A stretch of 64,000 nt of DNA from an uncultured Dictyoglomota bacterium (GTDB lineage: Bacteria; Dictyoglomota; Dictyoglomia; Dictyoglomales; Dictyoglomaceae), in assembly GCA_964654465.1 (NCBI GenBank), contig CAZZIO010000065.1, positions 64,001-128,000 of the forward strand, in the 5' to 3' direction. Below are positions 9,816 through 21,082 of this stretch, piece by piece. Below the pieces are notes generated by a model. That model was not told the DNA's origin and did no database searches. It saw nothing but the letters and a program-made list of their open reading frames with translations. Within the stretch, counting starts at the first letter, position 1, and every line of letters starts with the position of its first letter. Both the position numbers and the translations under genes were made by a program.

Positions 9816-11162
9816 TTAATCTTTTTCTAATAACACAATGTTTTCTACATGAAATGTATGAGGAAACATATCTACAGGTTGAACTTCTTTAACCCTATAT
9901 CCAGAATTTACAAGAACATTTATATCGCGAGCCAAGGTTGAGGGATAACAGGATATGTAAATGATTTGCTTAACATTACTATTTATAATCGCATCCAAAA
10001 GAATCTTATCACATCCTTTTCTTGGTGGATCTAAAACCACTGCATCAGGAATTTTACCTTCAGAGATTAACCTGGGAATAACCTCTTCTGATCTACCCCA
10101 AATAAATTCTACATTTTTAACCTTGTTTATTCTGGTGTTTTTCCACGCATCTTCTATGGCTGATCTTTCTATCTCAATTCCATACACTTTTTTGGCCTTT
10201 TTAGATAAAAATAAAGATATAGTACCAATTCCACAATAAGCATCAAAAACTAAATTGCTATCTTCTGATAAATATTCTACAGCTTTACTATATAGTTTTT
10301 CTGTTTGTATCGAATTTACCTGAAAGAAAGAAACGGGAGAAATTTCAAAAATAAAACCCCCTATTTTGTCCTTTATGACCTCTTCTCCCCATATGAGTCT
10401 TGATTCCTCTCCAAATATCTCATTTGTACGCTTTGGATTAATATTAATATAAAATGATCTTAAATTTGGATGTTTGAATTTAAAATATCTTGCAATTTTC
10501 TTAGCATTATTAAGCATCTTCTTTGAAACTAAAATAACCATTAATTCATCAAAGGCAAAGGATCTGCGAGCTACCATAAATCTAATTTCTCCTTTGTGTT
10601 CTAATTCATTGTATATTTCTATCCTAAATTTCTTTATTGCCTCTTTAACTGTTTCAATAAGTCCGTCAGTATCCTCATGTTGAACTATGCACTTTTTAAT
10701 ATCCACAATATGATGAGTATTAGTTTTATAAAAACCAACTACTATTTTGCCATTTCTTCGCCCAACAGGAATCTTTGCCTTATTTCTATATCTATAAGGG
10801 TAATCCATACCAATAACAGGTTTAATATATACATTAACTTTACCAATTCTCTTAAATGTATCCTCAACTATCCTTCTTTTTAAATCCAATTGATATTCAT
10901 AACTAACATGCATTAAATGGCAACCACCACATCTATAAAAAACATCGCATAGAGGATCAACCCTATGGGTATCTTTTTCAACAAAATCTACAATTTTACC
11001 TATAGCATAATCTTTTTTAGCTGTATGAATTCTGATCTTTACTATTTCACTAGGAAGGCCGTAATCAACAAATACCACAAATCCCTCAATATGGGCTATT
11101 CCTTGTCCTTGAGAATTAATCCCATCAATTTTTACTATGTATTCTTCCCCTACTTTTACCAC
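9816..11162 (-). CDS. rlmD: 23S rRNA (uracil-C5)-methyltransferase, RlmD/TrmA family
   Basis: TRAM domain, CxxxxxCGGC, SFFQVN, DPPRKG, YISC and DMFPHT motifs. Confidence 0.9.
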   Translation of the reverse strand: MVKVGEEYIVKIDGINSQGQGIAHIEGFVVFVDYGLPSEIVKIRIHTAKKDYAIGKIVDFVEKDTHRVDPLCDVFYRCGGCHLMHVSYEYQLDLKRRIVEDTFKRIGKVNVYIKPVIGMDYPYRYRNKAKIPVGRRNGKIVVGFYKTNTHHIVDIKKCIVQHEDTDGLIETVKEAIKKFRIEIYNELEHKGEIRFMVARRSFAFDELMVILVSKKMLNNAKKIARYFKFKHPNLRSFYININPKRTNEIFGEESRLIWGEEVIKDKIGGFIFEISPVSFFQVNSIQTEKLYSKAVEYLSEDSNLVFDAYCGIGTISLFLSKKAKKVYGIEIERSAIEDAWKNTRINKVKNVEFIWGRSEEVIPRLISEGKIPDAVVLDPPRKGCDKILLDAIINSNVKQIIYISCYPSTLARDINVLVNSGYRVKEVQPVDMFPHTFHVENIVLLEKD

Positions 11163-11163
11163 T

Positions 11164-11547
11164 TTACTTAATCTCTAAATCCTCCTTTATCTTTCTATAA
11201 GCTAATTTGGCAAGTCCTCCCGCAACATGAGTCTTAAGCTCCTTTTTCTTAAACTCATCCTCAAGAATATCCAATACTATATCTGGATCTGCCTTTAATA
11301 TATTTCTAACAGTCTGCTTAGTCAGCCCTAAAAATTCTGCAATCTCAGTCTCCGTTTTCATATATCTGTCCCTTAGTACTACTGCATAACATGCTTCAAT
11401 TAAACTTGGTACCCAAGTAAGATTTCTAAAAAGAATCAATTTCCTTGGTCCCCCCAAAATCTCCAATGTTTTCAAAAAAGTTTTCATAGCAATATTATCA
11501 AGCTCATCCTCTTGTAAAGGAATATCTTCACCACTAAGAATTGGCAT
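11164..11547 (-). CDS. KaiC-associated HTH regulatory protein
   Basis: LGGPRKL, LTWVPSL, EIAEFLG..QTVRNIL and HVAGGLAK motifs; overlaps the KaiC gene. Confidence 0.75.
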   Translation of the reverse strand: MPILSGEDIPLQEDELDNIAMKTFLKTLEILGGPRKLILFRNLTWVPSLIEACYAVVLRDRYMKTETEIAEFLGLTKQTVRNILKADPDIVLDILEDEFKKKELKTHVAGGLAKLAYRKIKEDLEIK

Positions 11548-12442
11548 CTAATTTCACCCCCTTAGAAAGTCCTTTTAAAGATGGTCCTATTCTTACTAAA
11601 CCATTCCTATCAATTTCAAGAAGAAAAGTATCTGTACTATGTCCACACATTCTACAACCATCTATCCTAAAAAGTCTAACCAGTTCTCCTAAAGGACGCT
11701 TATATATTCTTTCCATATATTGGCTACTTATAAGCACCTTTGAAAGTACCATGGTACCATCTACTATATGGGAAATAGCAAAGCCTCCAGCTGCTTCAGC
11801 TGAGAACTCTTCTTGGCTTGATCTCTTTTGAGATATAAATATGGCTGTTTGGTACCACTTTTTCATAAAGTTGAAAAGTTGTCTCACTATTACTCTTGCC
11901 ATCATCTCTTTTGCTTCATATAAACCAGTTATTGAATCAATAACAGTAAATTTTATTTTATATTTTTTAATAGCATGTGCAAGAGTTGCAAGAAGTGTAG
12001 GAACATCCTCTCTTAATTTAGAATAAGAAGCTGCATCAATAAAAACTATATTATCGTCTATAACATTTTCCTCTACTCCCATAGCTACAGCTCTTGATTT
12101 CATAGATGTAGCCACAAAATGTGCCGGAGACTCTACTGTAATAAAGGCAACTGAATAGCCAAGAGAAGCCTGCTTTATTGCAAATTGTTCCCCCATTAAA
12201 CTCTTTCCAGTATCTGATATACCAGTCAAATTAAAAACACTATATTGAGGAATACCTCCTAAAGATACAACTTTTGTTTTTCCCTTTTCTATTTTTGTGG
12301 TAAAAAATAAATTATCTAATCCCTCAATTCCTGTAGGTACTCCTCTTATCTCTACTGCTCTATCACCTATATCTCTTAAAGATAATATTGCATCTTCTAC
12401 AACTTCATATTGAGACTGATACACCTTCTCTTCTTTCTCCAT
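11534..12442 (-). CDS. Single-domain KaiC/RecA-superfamily ATPase (thermophile AF_0795-like)
   Basis: PTGIEGLD, Walker A GISDTGKS, Walker B VIDSIT, SHIVDG and RIDGCR motifs. Confidence 0.8.
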   Translation of the reverse strand: MEKEEKVYQSQYEVVEDAILSLRDIGDRAVEIRGVPTGIEGLDNLFFTTKIEKGKTKVVSLGGIPQYSVFNLTGISDTGKSLMGEQFAIKQASLGYSVAFITVESPAHFVATSMKSRAVAMGVEENVIDDNIVFIDAASYSKLREDVPTLLATLAHAIKKYKIKFTVIDSITGLYEAKEMMARVIVRQLFNFMKKWYQTAIFISQKRSSQEEFSAEAAGGFAISHIVDGTMVLSKVLISSQYMERIYKRPLGELVRLFRIDGCRMCGHSTDTFLLEIDRNGLVRIGPSLKGLSKGVKLDANS

Positions 12443-12500
12443 AATAATTCCCCCTTAAAAAAATTATTTTTAATTCAAGTCTCAAAAGTAGTATATCATA

Positions 12501-12533
12501 GAAAAATCCCCTGGGAGGGGAGACCCAGGGGAT
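12501..12533 (-). terminator. Intrinsic terminator after ldh
   Basis: CCCCTGGG/CCCAGGGG stem followed by a T-run on the minus strand. Confidence 0.7.
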
Positions 12534-12577
12534 AGGGTGTTAAAGAGGTTAAAAGGGTTTAAAGTTGAATTAATAGA

Positions 12578-13540
12578 TCAACTAAAAATTGGTTCTTTAT
12601 CAAAATCTAAGGAATCTATCATTTGTTTAATTATTTTTGCAGAATTCAATAATTCCTCTACTTCCTTTTCAGAAAGTTTTATATTTAATACCTTTTCAAT
12701 CCCATTTCTATTTATTATAGAAGGCAAACTTAATGGAATATCGTTTATACCTAATATATCTTTATGTACTGAAGATACAGGCAAAATTCTATTTTCATCC
12801 CTCAAAATAGCTTCAACAATATTTACTAAAGCTAAGCCTATAGCATAATATGTTGCTCCTTTAAGTTCAATCACCTTATAAGCAGATTCTCTTACTTCTT
12901 TCAAAATATTCTCCATAATTTCTTGAGTAAAGCAATTTTTACCACATACAGGACAAAAATCAGATATGTGAATTCCACCAATATGGGTTAAACTCCAAGC
13001 TGCAACAGCAGAATCGCCATGTTCACCTATTATATAGGCATTAACTGATCTTGGGTCTACATTACAATGTTGAGAAAGAAGATATGCAAATCTTGAACTA
13101 TCAAGTACAGTTCCAGAACCTATTACTCTTTGTCTTGGGAAACCAGAAAGCTTATAAGTAACATAAGTAAGTACATCTACTGGATTTGTCACCACCAAGA
13201 AAATCCCATTAAATCCAGATTCTAATATTTTTGGAATTAAATCTTTAAATATTTGTAGATTTCTATCAATAAGTTGTAATCTTGTTTCACCAGGTCTTTG
13301 CTTTGCTCCTGCAGTAATAACTACTAAATCTGAATCTTTTGCTTCTCTTAATTCTCCAGCCTTTATTATTGTAGGTTTAGTAAAAGATACCCCATGAGAA
13401 AGATCCATGGCTTCTCCTAAAGCCCTATTCTTATCTATATCAAACAAAACAATTTCCCTAGCTATACCTCTCTGCATTAAGCTATAAGCAAAAGAAGATC
13501 CTACAAAACCCGCCCCTACTATAAATACCTTGTTTCTCAT
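12578..13540 (-). CDS. ldh: L-lactate dehydrogenase
   Basis: GAGFVG, GAKQRPGETRL, NPVD, LDSSR and GEHGDS motifs. Confidence 0.95.
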   Translation of the reverse strand: MRNKVFIVGAGFVGSSFAYSLMQRGIAREIVLFDIDKNRALGEAMDLSHGVSFTKPTIIKAGELREAKDSDLVVITAGAKQRPGETRLQLIDRNLQIFKDLIPKILESGFNGIFLVVTNPVDVLTYVTYKLSGFPRQRVIGSGTVLDSSRFAYLLSQHCNVDPRSVNAYIIGEHGDSAVAAWSLTHIGGIHISDFCPVCGKNCFTQEIMENILKEVRESAYKVIELKGATYYAIGLALVNIVEAILRDENRILPVSSVHKDILGINDIPLSLPSIINRNGIEKVLNIKLSEKEVEELLNSAKIIKQMIDSLDFDKEPIFS

Positions 13541-13658
13541 ATAATCACCTACCTTTTTAGTCCAAATTCCATATAATAATAACTTAAAAACAATGCAAAG
13601 TCAACAATTTTTGTGTTAAAATTATCTAAAAAACAATTAGAAAGGATGGGAGTACAAA

Positions 13659-14858
13659 ATGGACTTATTTGATAAATTTAGAAATATAGGACCTGATCAT
13701 TTCTTAAATGAAGCAAGAGTAGCTATAGATCAAGGCATTTATCCATTCTTTCTTCCGTTAGAAGAGACAGAAGGTACAGAAGTAGTTATTAATGGTAGAA
13801 GATTAATAATGCTTGGTTCTAACAACTATCTTGGTCTAACTACCCATCCCAAAGTAAAAGAAGCAGCTATAAAAGCCATTAAAGAATATGGTACAAGTTG
13901 TACTGGATCACGTTTTATGAATGGAACTTTAAAACTTCATAAAGAATTAGAAGAGAAACTTGCAGAATTTCTCCATAAAGAGGCAGCTTTAGTATTTTCT
14001 ACAGGTTATCAAACCAATTTAGGAACAATATCTGCTTTAATAGGTAAAGGAGATATTGCAATTACAGATAAGGAAGATCATGCTTCTATTATTGATGGAT
14101 GTAGACTATCTCAGGGAGAAATGAAAAGGTTTAAACATAATGATATGGAGGATTTAGAAAAAGTGCTTGCTTCTTGTCCTGACAATGCAGGAAAATTGAT
14201 AATAGTAGATGGTATATTTTCAATGGCAGGAGATATTGCACCACTCCCCGAAATTATCAAACTCTGTGAAAAATATAATGCCAGGTTGATGGTAGATGAT
14301 GCCCATTCTATAGGAGTATTGGGTGATCACGGTAGAGGTACTGCTAATTATTTTGGAGTAGAAGATAAAGTAGATATTATAATGGGTACTTTTAGTAAAT
14401 CTTTTGCCAGTCTTGGAGGTTTTATAGCAGGAGATGAAGACACCATTTTTTATGTACAACATACAGCACGGTCCTTTATATTCTCTGCTAGCATGTCTCC
14501 TGCCAATACTGCAGCTGCTTTAGCAGCATTAGAGGTTATGCAAGAAGAACCTGAAAGAATAGAGCATCTATGGAAAATTAGCAATAGAATGAGAGAGGGA
14601 TTAAAATCTTTAGGTTTTGATATTGGAAATAGCTGTACCCCTATTATACCCATATATATAAGGGATCGATGGAAAACCATATATATGTGGAAAGAGCTTT
14701 TTGACTTAGGAGTTTATTGTAACCCTGTACTTCCACCTGGTGTTCCACCTAATCAATCTCTTCTAAGAACAAGTTATATGGCAACTCATACTGAAGATCA
14801 AATTGATAGGGCCTTAGAAATTTTTGAAAAGGCAGGGAAAAAACTTGGAATCATCTAA
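13659..14858 (+). CDS. Alpha-oxoamine synthase (PLP), serine palmitoyltransferase-like
   Basis: [28 protein letters not shown] and GTFSKS motifs. Confidence 0.8.
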   Translation: MDLFDKFRNIGPDHFLNEARVAIDQGIYPFFLPLEETEGTEVVINGRRLIMLGSNNYLGLTTHPKVKEAAIKAIKEYGTSCTGSRFMNGTLKLHKELEEKLAEFLHKEAALVFSTGYQTNLGTISALIGKGDIAITDKEDHASIIDGCRLSQGEMKRFKHNDMEDLEKVLASCPDNAGKLIIVDGIFSMAGDIAPLPEIIKLCEKYNARLMVDDAHSIGVLGDHGRGTANYFGVEDKVDIIMGTFSKSFASLGGFIAGDEDTIFYVQHTARSFIFSASMSPANTAAALAALEVMQEEPERIEHLWKISNRMREGLKSLGFDIGNSCTPIIPIYIRDRWKTIYMWKELFDLGVYCNPVLPPGVPPNQSLLRTSYMATHTEDQIDRALEIFEKAGKKLGII

Positions 14859-15498
14859 AAACATAAAATTTATAAACTATGCAATAAAAGAATTTATAGA
14901 TCTACTTGCCTCAAAGGAACCTGCACCTGGAGGAGGAGCTGCAGCAGCCTTAGTTGGAAGTATTGGGGTTGCATTATCATCTATGGTTGCAAATTTAACC
15001 ATAGGAAAAGAAAAATTTAAAGATAAAGAGGAATTAATGGAAGAAATTGTAGAAAAAAATGAAAAACTACAGAAAGAATTATTAGATCTTATAGAAAAAG
15101 ATGCTGAAGCCTTTAATAAAGTAGCAGAAGCCTTAAAACTTCCTAAAAATAATCCTGAAGAAAAGGAAAAAAGGAAAGAAATATTAGAAAATACATTAAA
15201 AGAAGCATCATTAGTACCCCTTGAAGTCATGAAAAAGAGTTTAGAAGCCCTAAAAATTCTTGAAAATACCTTAGGAAACTCCAACCCTAATGCGGTAAGT
15301 GATATTGGTGTAAGCGCCTTATGTCTTAAATCTGCTATTCAGTCCGCTTGGCTTAATGTTAAGATAAATCTTGTTAGTATAAGGGATAAAAATTTTGTTA
15401 ATGAAATTCAAAGGCAAGCTGAATCTTTATTAGAAGAGGGGATTCAGCTTGCCGACAGAATATACGAAGAGGTAGAAAGTGTTCTTCAAATATCTTAA
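14824..15498 (+). CDS. Formiminotetrahydrofolate cyclodeaminase / methenyl-THF cyclohydrolase (FchA-type); start uncertain
   Basis: PAPGGG, SMVANLT, D..AF, NPNAVSD and LNVKINL motifs. Confidence 0.85.
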   Translation: MKRQGKNLESSKNIKFINYAIKEFIDLLASKEPAPGGGAAAALVGSIGVALSSMVANLTIGKEKFKDKEELMEEIVEKNEKLQKELLDLIEKDAEAFNKVAEALKLPKNNPEEKEKRKEILENTLKEASLVPLEVMKKSLEALKILENTLGNSNPNAVSDIGVSALCLKSAIQSAWLNVKINLVSIRDKNFVNEIQRQAESLLEEGIQLADRIYEEVESVLQIS

Positions 15499-16721
15499 AA
15501 TACAAAAGCTGTCTTTACTAATCCATACTTTCCCCTAAGAAAGTTCATCTGTATTGCTTTTTTATACTCATCCAACTTAAAGGTAAGGGTAAGTAGAGGT
15601 GATAGATCCAAACCTTCCTTCATTAAAGTAAGAGCTATCTCATAACCTCTTTTTCTCTCTCCTCTAAATATCTCACCACTACTACTATTTGTCCCTGCAA
15701 CCTTTAATTCTTTAAACCAGACAAAGGTCCAATCCACTTTTTTGGTAATTCCCACCAAACCTACAAATACTGTTTTTCCTCCTTGTTTAGTAAGTCTCAA
15801 TGCATCATCAATAGAATCATCGCTTCCCACACATTCGAATACTATATCTGCACCTCCAACCACAACAGGCTTTCCTAAAACGGGTTTTAATACTTCACCT
15901 CCAGTCATCTCTACAATCTTTTTATATAATTTAGACTTTTCTAATCCTTTAGTATATATAACCTCATCTGCCCCATAATGTTTTGCAAAATCTCCTTGAA
16001 ATTTATATCTCGCAAGAACTATGATTCTCGCCTTACTTCCTAAAGCTCGCAATGAACTTACAACATTTATTCCTATACTTCCTGCCCCGACCACTAAAAC
16101 TGTATCTGTATCCTTGGGAAAATTTCTCATAACAGGATGTAATGCAGAACAAAATGCATCTACTAAAATGGCATTCTCATTTGTAATTTTATCTGGCACT
16201 TTAAATAATTGAAACTCATGGGCCACATAATATTCTCCCCAGCTTCCTCCTGTATCCCTACATGCTCCAATCATTAGTGCAGGTGATACACTTCCCTTAT
16301 TAAAATTAAAACATTGAGAAAACTCCCAATTTTGACACTTCTCACAAGGTGGATCTATATCCCTTGCCCTACAAGAGAGAGTTGGATCAGCAATCACTCT
16401 ATCTCCTACCTCAAAACCCTCCACTTCTTCACCTTTCTCTACAATTACTCCTAAATTTTCATGCCCTATAACAAAAGGAAAAGACGCAAAGGGAGAAGTT
16501 GCAGGACTATCATGAAGTTTTATAAGACCAATATCACTCCCACAAATTCCCCCCATAAGAGTTTTTATCTTTACCCACTTAGGTCCTGGAAGTTTTGGCT
16601 CTGGAAAATCTCCATATCTTATACATGAAAATACATTATAATAAAAAGAATGGTGAATATTTCCTAAGGTTTTACTTAGCAAATATCGAGGGATACTCTC
16701 TTCAAACCATATTGCTTTCAT
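15495..16721 (-). CDS. Zn-dependent medium-chain dehydrogenase with N-terminal extension
   Basis: GICGSD, GHE, Cys-rich structural Zn site, GAGSIG. Confidence 0.85.
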   Translation of the reverse strand: MKAIWFEESIPRYLLSKTLGNIHHSFYYNVFSCIRYGDFPEPKLPGPKWVKIKTLMGGICGSDIGLIKLHDSPATSPFASFPFVIGHENLGVIVEKGEEVEGFEVGDRVIADPTLSCRARDIDPPCEKCQNWEFSQCFNFNKGSVSPALMIGACRDTGGSWGEYYVAHEFQLFKVPDKITNENAILVDAFCSALHPVMRNFPKDTDTVLVVGAGSIGINVVSSLRALGSKARIIVLARYKFQGDFAKHYGADEVIYTKGLEKSKLYKKIVEMTGGEVLKPVLGKPVVVGGADIVFECVGSDDSIDDALRLTKQGGKTVFVGLVGITKKVDWTFVWFKELKVAGTNSSSGEIFRGERKRGYEIALTLMKEGLDLSPLLTLTFKLDEYKKAIQMNFLRGKYGLVKTAFVF

Positions 16722-16762
16722 AACAATCCCTCCTAAGTATTTTTTATTGCCTATTATACTAC

Positions 16763-17524
16763 TTATAATGTGGCCTCATATAATTCATCAAAATAATTTT
16801 GAAGATCTTGTCCCTCTAATAACTTCCTTCCAAAAGCACTTCCCACTATCACACCATCTACTAAACCATATAAATTTTCAATTTGATTTCTATTCCTTAT
16901 ACCAAACCCCCAAATCAAAGGTTTATCTGTTTCCAATCTTACTTCTCTTGCAAAATTAATTCCCTCTTGAGGAAGTTCATCTCGTTCACCTGTAACACCC
17001 TTAACCGATATAAAATAAAGAAAGCTTGGAGCTATTTTTATAATCTTTTCTCTTCTTTCCTTCCTTGTGGTAGGTGATATAAAAAGCACTAAATCTAAAC
17101 CATATTTATTGAAAATGGGTAAAAGATCTTCACTCTCCTCAAGAGGAAGATCTGGTATGACAAGACCTTTTATTCCAATATCCTTAATTTTTTGAAGTCT
17201 TTCTTCTAATCTATCATACAGAAGATTAAAGTATAAAAGAAAAACTACATCTACCACTTTTGGTATCTCTGTATCTTTCAACCAACTTAATGTATTTTCC
17301 AAACTTACTCCACTTAGAATAGCTCTATAATTAATTTCTTGAAGTACAGGGCCATCTGCTACAGGATCAGAGAAGGGAATACCAAGTTCCAATATATCAA
17401 TCTTATCTTTATTTTTAATAATAAAATTCTCTAAAAACTTAAAATCAGGAAAGCCAGCTACAAAAAAAGGGACAAAAACTAATTTCTTTTTTCTGTTTAT
17501 TATTTTATATTGAAGGTTACTCAT
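16763..17524 (-). CDS. trpA: Tryptophan synthase alpha chain
   Basis: [22 protein letters not shown] and DGVIVGS motifs; ATG at 17524 after GGGAGGGG. Confidence 0.95.
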   Translation of the reverse strand: MSNLQYKIINRKKKLVFVPFFVAGFPDFKFLENFIIKNKDKIDILELGIPFSDPVADGPVLQEINYRAILSGVSLENTLSWLKDTEIPKVVDVVFLLYFNLLYDRLEERLQKIKDIGIKGLVIPDLPLEESEDLLPIFNKYGLDLVLFISPTTRKERREKIIKIAPSFLYFISVKGVTGERDELPQEGINFAREVRLETDKPLIWGFGIRNRNQIENLYGLVDGVIVGSAFGRKLLEGQDLQNYFDELYEATL

Positions 17525-18716
17525 TTTTCCCCTCCCATAGAGCATAAATTATTCCAAGATCTTTATCTCCTCTCCCTGATAAATTAACAATTATAAGAGG
17601 TTCTTTTTCAGGAAAATCATCTCTATGCTCTATCAGATATCCTATAGCATGAGCACTCTCTAAAGCTGGAACTATACCTTCTAATTCTGAAAGGGCATAA
17701 AATCCTTTTATTGCTATATCATCAGTAGCAATATCATACTTCACCCTTCCTATTTTAGCTAAGTAACTATGTTCGGGACCAACCCCTGGATAATCAAGAC
17801 CAGCAGAAACAGAGTGAGTAGGAGAAACATTACCATTTTCATCTTGGATAAGATACATTTTAGCACCATGAAGTATTCCAACTTTGCCAAAGTTTATACT
17901 TGCTGAATGTAGACCTGATTCTATACCCTTTCCTCCTCCCTCTACTCCTATAATCTTTACATTATCCTCTAAAAAGGGATAGAAAAGCCCTATAGAGTTA
18001 CTACCACCGCCTACTGATGCAATAAGATAATCAGGTAATCTATCTTCAATTTCTAAAATCTGCTTTCTTGCCTCATCTCCTATTACCCTTTGGAAATCTC
18101 TTACAATCATAGGATAAGGATGAGGACCAACCACAGATCCTAAAAGATAATAACTATCTTCTGGATGAGCGACCCAATCTCTTAAAGCCTCATTTATTGC
18201 CTCTTTTAATGTCCTTGATCCTACCTTTACAGGAACAACTTCAGCTCCTAACAACTTCATTCTCAACACATTCATCTCTTGTCTTTTACAATCTTCTTCT
18301 CCCATATATACAGTACACTTAAAACCAAATAGTGCAGCTACAGTAGCAGTAGCAACACCATGCTGACCAGCCCCTGTTTCTGCTATTAATCTTTTTTTAT
18401 TCATGTATTTAGCAAGTAATGCTTGTCCTACTGCATTATTGATTTTATGAGCTCCTGTATGACAAAGATCTTCTCTTTTTAAATATATCCTTGCTTTTAG
18501 CTTCTCAGAAAGTTTTGAGGCATAATATAGAGGAGTAGGTCTACCCACAAAATTTCTTAAATAATATTCATATTCCTTTTTAAAATTTTCATCTTGTTTT
18601 AGCTTATAGTATGCTAATTCCAGCTGTAATAAAGGTTCCATCAAAGTTTCAGGAACAAATCTTCCCCCAAACTCACCAAAATAGCCCCTTTCATCAGGAA
18701 GCTTTTCCGTCCTCAT
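17517..18716 (-). CDS. trpB: Tryptophan synthase beta chain
   Basis: [22 protein letters not shown] and SGRGDKD motifs. Confidence 0.97.
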   Translation of the reverse strand: MRTEKLPDERGYFGEFGGRFVPETLMEPLLQLELAYYKLKQDENFKKEYEYYLRNFVGRPTPLYYASKLSEKLKARIYLKREDLCHTGAHKINNAVGQALLAKYMNKKRLIAETGAGQHGVATATVAALFGFKCTVYMGEEDCKRQEMNVLRMKLLGAEVVPVKVGSRTLKEAINEALRDWVAHPEDSYYLLGSVVGPHPYPMIVRDFQRVIGDEARKQILEIEDRLPDYLIASVGGGSNSIGLFYPFLEDNVKIIGVEGGGKGIESGLHSASINFGKVGILHGAKMYLIQDENGNVSPTHSVSAGLDYPGVGPEHSYLAKIGRVKYDIATDDIAIKGFYALSELEGIVPALESAHAIGYLIEHRDDFPEKEPLIIVNLSGRGDKDLGIIYALWEGKNE

Positions 18717-19323
18717 AACTGTAATCCCTCACCTTTCTCATAAATTTTGATATTTTTAAAAGGTCCTTCTTACCTATTTCAAATTCCACACCACTCGAAA
18801 GATCTATACCAAATGGTTTTAACCTAAGAACATCATAAACATTATCTTCTCTAATTCCACCTGCTATAATCGTTTTTGAGTTTATAATCCTTTTAGCCCT
18901 GCTTAGAAACTCCTCAAAAGATAAAGCAGAATTTTTACTCCTATCTAAAAGAACATAGGAAAACTGAGAAAAATAACTAACTCTTTCAGCCCAGTCTTCA
19001 TACTGATCTGTGTTTATTGCCTTTATAAGAAAATACTCTCTAAACTTTTTCATAAACTCTAAATTCTCATCTCCATGAAACTGAATACCATCTAAAGAAA
19101 CAATATCGAGAATTTTTTTAATTTCTTCTTCGCTCTGATTCATAAAAACTCCAATCTTCATAATTTTTAATCTATTAAGATGGGGACCAAGCTTTTCAAG
19201 CTTTTCAAAAGATATAAATCTTGGTGACCATGGTACAAAAACCAAACCAATAGCTGAAACTCCTTCTATCTCACAATGTAATGCAGTAATAATATCAGTT
19301 ATTCCACAGATTTTAATCCACAT
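18694..19323 (-). CDS. trpF: Phosphoribosylanthranilate isomerase
   Basis: KICGIT, QFHG, IAGGI and DLSSGVE motifs. Confidence 0.9.
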   Translation of the reverse strand: MWIKICGITDIITALHCEIEGVSAIGLVFVPWSPRFISFEKLEKLGPHLNRLKIMKIGVFMNQSEEEIKKILDIVSLDGIQFHGDENLEFMKKFREYFLIKAINTDQYEDWAERVSYFSQFSYVLLDRSKNSALSFEEFLSRAKRIINSKTIIAGGIREDNVYDVLRLKPFGIDLSSGVEFEIGKKDLLKISKFMRKVRDYSYEDGKAS

Positions 19324-20075
19324 CCTTCATATAGCTCCTTTATCTTTTCCTTGGGATTTTCTGAAGTTACAATACTTTCCCCTACAAGCACACCTCTAAC
19401 TCCATACCTGTATAAAATTTTAATATCTTCTTTATCTTTGATACCACTTGCACTAATTACAAAAATATCCTTAGGAATGTATGATAAAAGTCTTATAGTA
19501 TTTTTAATGTCAACTCTAAAACTACTAAGATCTCTATTATTTATCATTACTATTCGAGGATTTAGTTTTAAAACCTTCTTCAAATCCCTTTCATCATAGA
19601 TTTCTATGATAGGTTCCATATCAAGTTTCATAATAAGCCTATATAAAGACTCCAGATCTTCCACTGGTAATATTCTTGCAATAAGCAAGATAGCATCAGC
19701 TCCTAATAATCTACCTTCATATATCTGCTCTGGAATAAGAATAAAATCTTTTTGAAGAAGGGGTTTTTTAGTAATATTCCTTGCTAGTTGAAGATTAGCA
19801 AGAGTAGCAGAGAAACTTTCTGCAGTAAGAATAGATATTGCAGAAATTTCATCTGCCATATCATAAATTCTTAAGATTTCAGAAATACTTAGAGACATGA
19901 GACTACCTTTTACAGGAGAAGATGGTTTTACTTCAGCTATTATATTAAATCTATTTTTTACGAGAGTATTGAAAAAATAGTCCTTTTCTTTATATGGAAA
20001 AGATGTTTGTATTTTATATATTCTGTTATATATTATTTTTCTTTTCTCCTCCACAAGTTTATCTAATATGTTCAT
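19299..20075 (-). CDS. trpC: Indole-3-glycerol phosphate synthase
   Basis: IIAEVKPSSP, KDF, INNRDL, SGI and LVGE motifs. Confidence 0.9.
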   Translation of the reverse strand: MNILDKLVEEKRKIIYNRIYKIQTSFPYKEKDYFFNTLVKNRFNIIAEVKPSSPVKGSLMSLSISEILRIYDMADEISAISILTAESFSATLANLQLARNITKKPLLQKDFILIPEQIYEGRLLGADAILLIARILPVEDLESLYRLIMKLDMEPIIEIYDERDLKKVLKLNPRIVMINNRDLSSFRVDIKNTIRLLSYIPKDIFVISASGIKDKEDIKILYRYGVRGVLVGESIVTSENPKEKIKELYEGCGLKSVE

Positions 20076-21082
20076 TTATTACCCCTCCTCAGTCTCTCTA
20101 AATATTCATAGGTTTTACCAGAAAGAATATGGTTCTTTACATTATCAAATCCTTCTTTGACACTATTGACCTTCCCTAAAACCCAAAGAGCAAAAGAAGC
20201 ATTTAAAGCAACAATATCAGTTTGGGCATCAGTTCCTTCCCCCTTAAAAATACTTTCCAAAATCTTAGCATTTTCTTCTGCAGTACCACCTAAGAAATCC
20301 TCAAATTTATACCTTTTTAAACCAATATCCTCAGGGGTAAAGTCAAAATAATCTATTTTATTACCTTTTACATAAGCCATAATTGTAGTACCACAAAGAG
20401 AAATCTCATCTATCCCATCGTCCTTTCCATGATAGAATAAAATATTCTCTCTTCCCAAAATAGAAGCTGCCTCTGCCATTTTCTTCATTAAATTTTCAGA
20501 ATATACTCCTATTATCTGGCCTTGCAATTTTGCTGGATTAAGCATAGGTCCTGCCATATTAAAAATTGTTCCAACTCCTAACTCTCTCCTTACTTTTACT
20601 GCCTTTCCTACAACAGGATGGAAATAAGGAGCAAAAATTATACCAAGATTATTAGTCTCAATATTTTTAGCAATCTCCTCAGGATTATCACTACACTTAA
20701 AGCCTAAAACCTCAATAACATCAACACTTCCTGACTTACTGGACATGGCCCTATTACCATGCTTTGCTACTTTTATTCCCATACTTGCTAAAACAAATGC
20801 TACTGCAGTAGAGATATTAAAAGTATTAGATTTATCCCCTCCTGTACCACACACATCAATTGCAGGAGATACGTTTGGGATTTTTTTAGCTTTCTCAAAC
20901 AGCCCAGAGACAAAACCTGCAAGCTCTTCTGGAACTTCTCCTTTAACCCTTAATCCCAGTAAAAATGCCCCCAATTGTGCTTCTGTAATCTCTTCCATAT
21001 CCAAAATTTCAACCACATTCTTTGCTTCCTCAAATTTCAAATTTTTACCCTCAGATATCTTTTTAATATATTCTTTAATCAT
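20072..21082 (-). CDS. trpD: Anthranilate phosphoribosyltransferase
   Basis: DVCGTGGD, NISTA and KHGNR motifs. Confidence 0.95.
   Translation of the reverse strand: MIKEYIKKISEGKNLKFEEAKNVVEILDMEEITEAQLGAFLLGLRVKGEVPEELAGFVSGLFEKAKKIPNVSPAIDVCGTGGDKSNTFNISTAVAFVLASMGIKVAKHGNRAMSSKSGSVDVIEVLGFKCSDNPEEIAKNIETNNLGIIFAPYFHPVVGKAVKVRRELGVGTIFNMAGPMLNPAKLQGQIIGVYSENLMKKMAEAASILGRENILFYHGKDDGIDEISLCGTTIMAYVKGNKIDYFDFTPEDIGLKRYKFEDFLGGTAEENAKILESIFKGEGTDAQTDIVALNASFALWVLGKVNSVKEGFDNVKNHILSGKTYEYLERLRRGNK

Noticed and set aside
11534-12442. Circadian clock
   Set aside because: Single KaiC domain, and no kaiA or kaiB in the window
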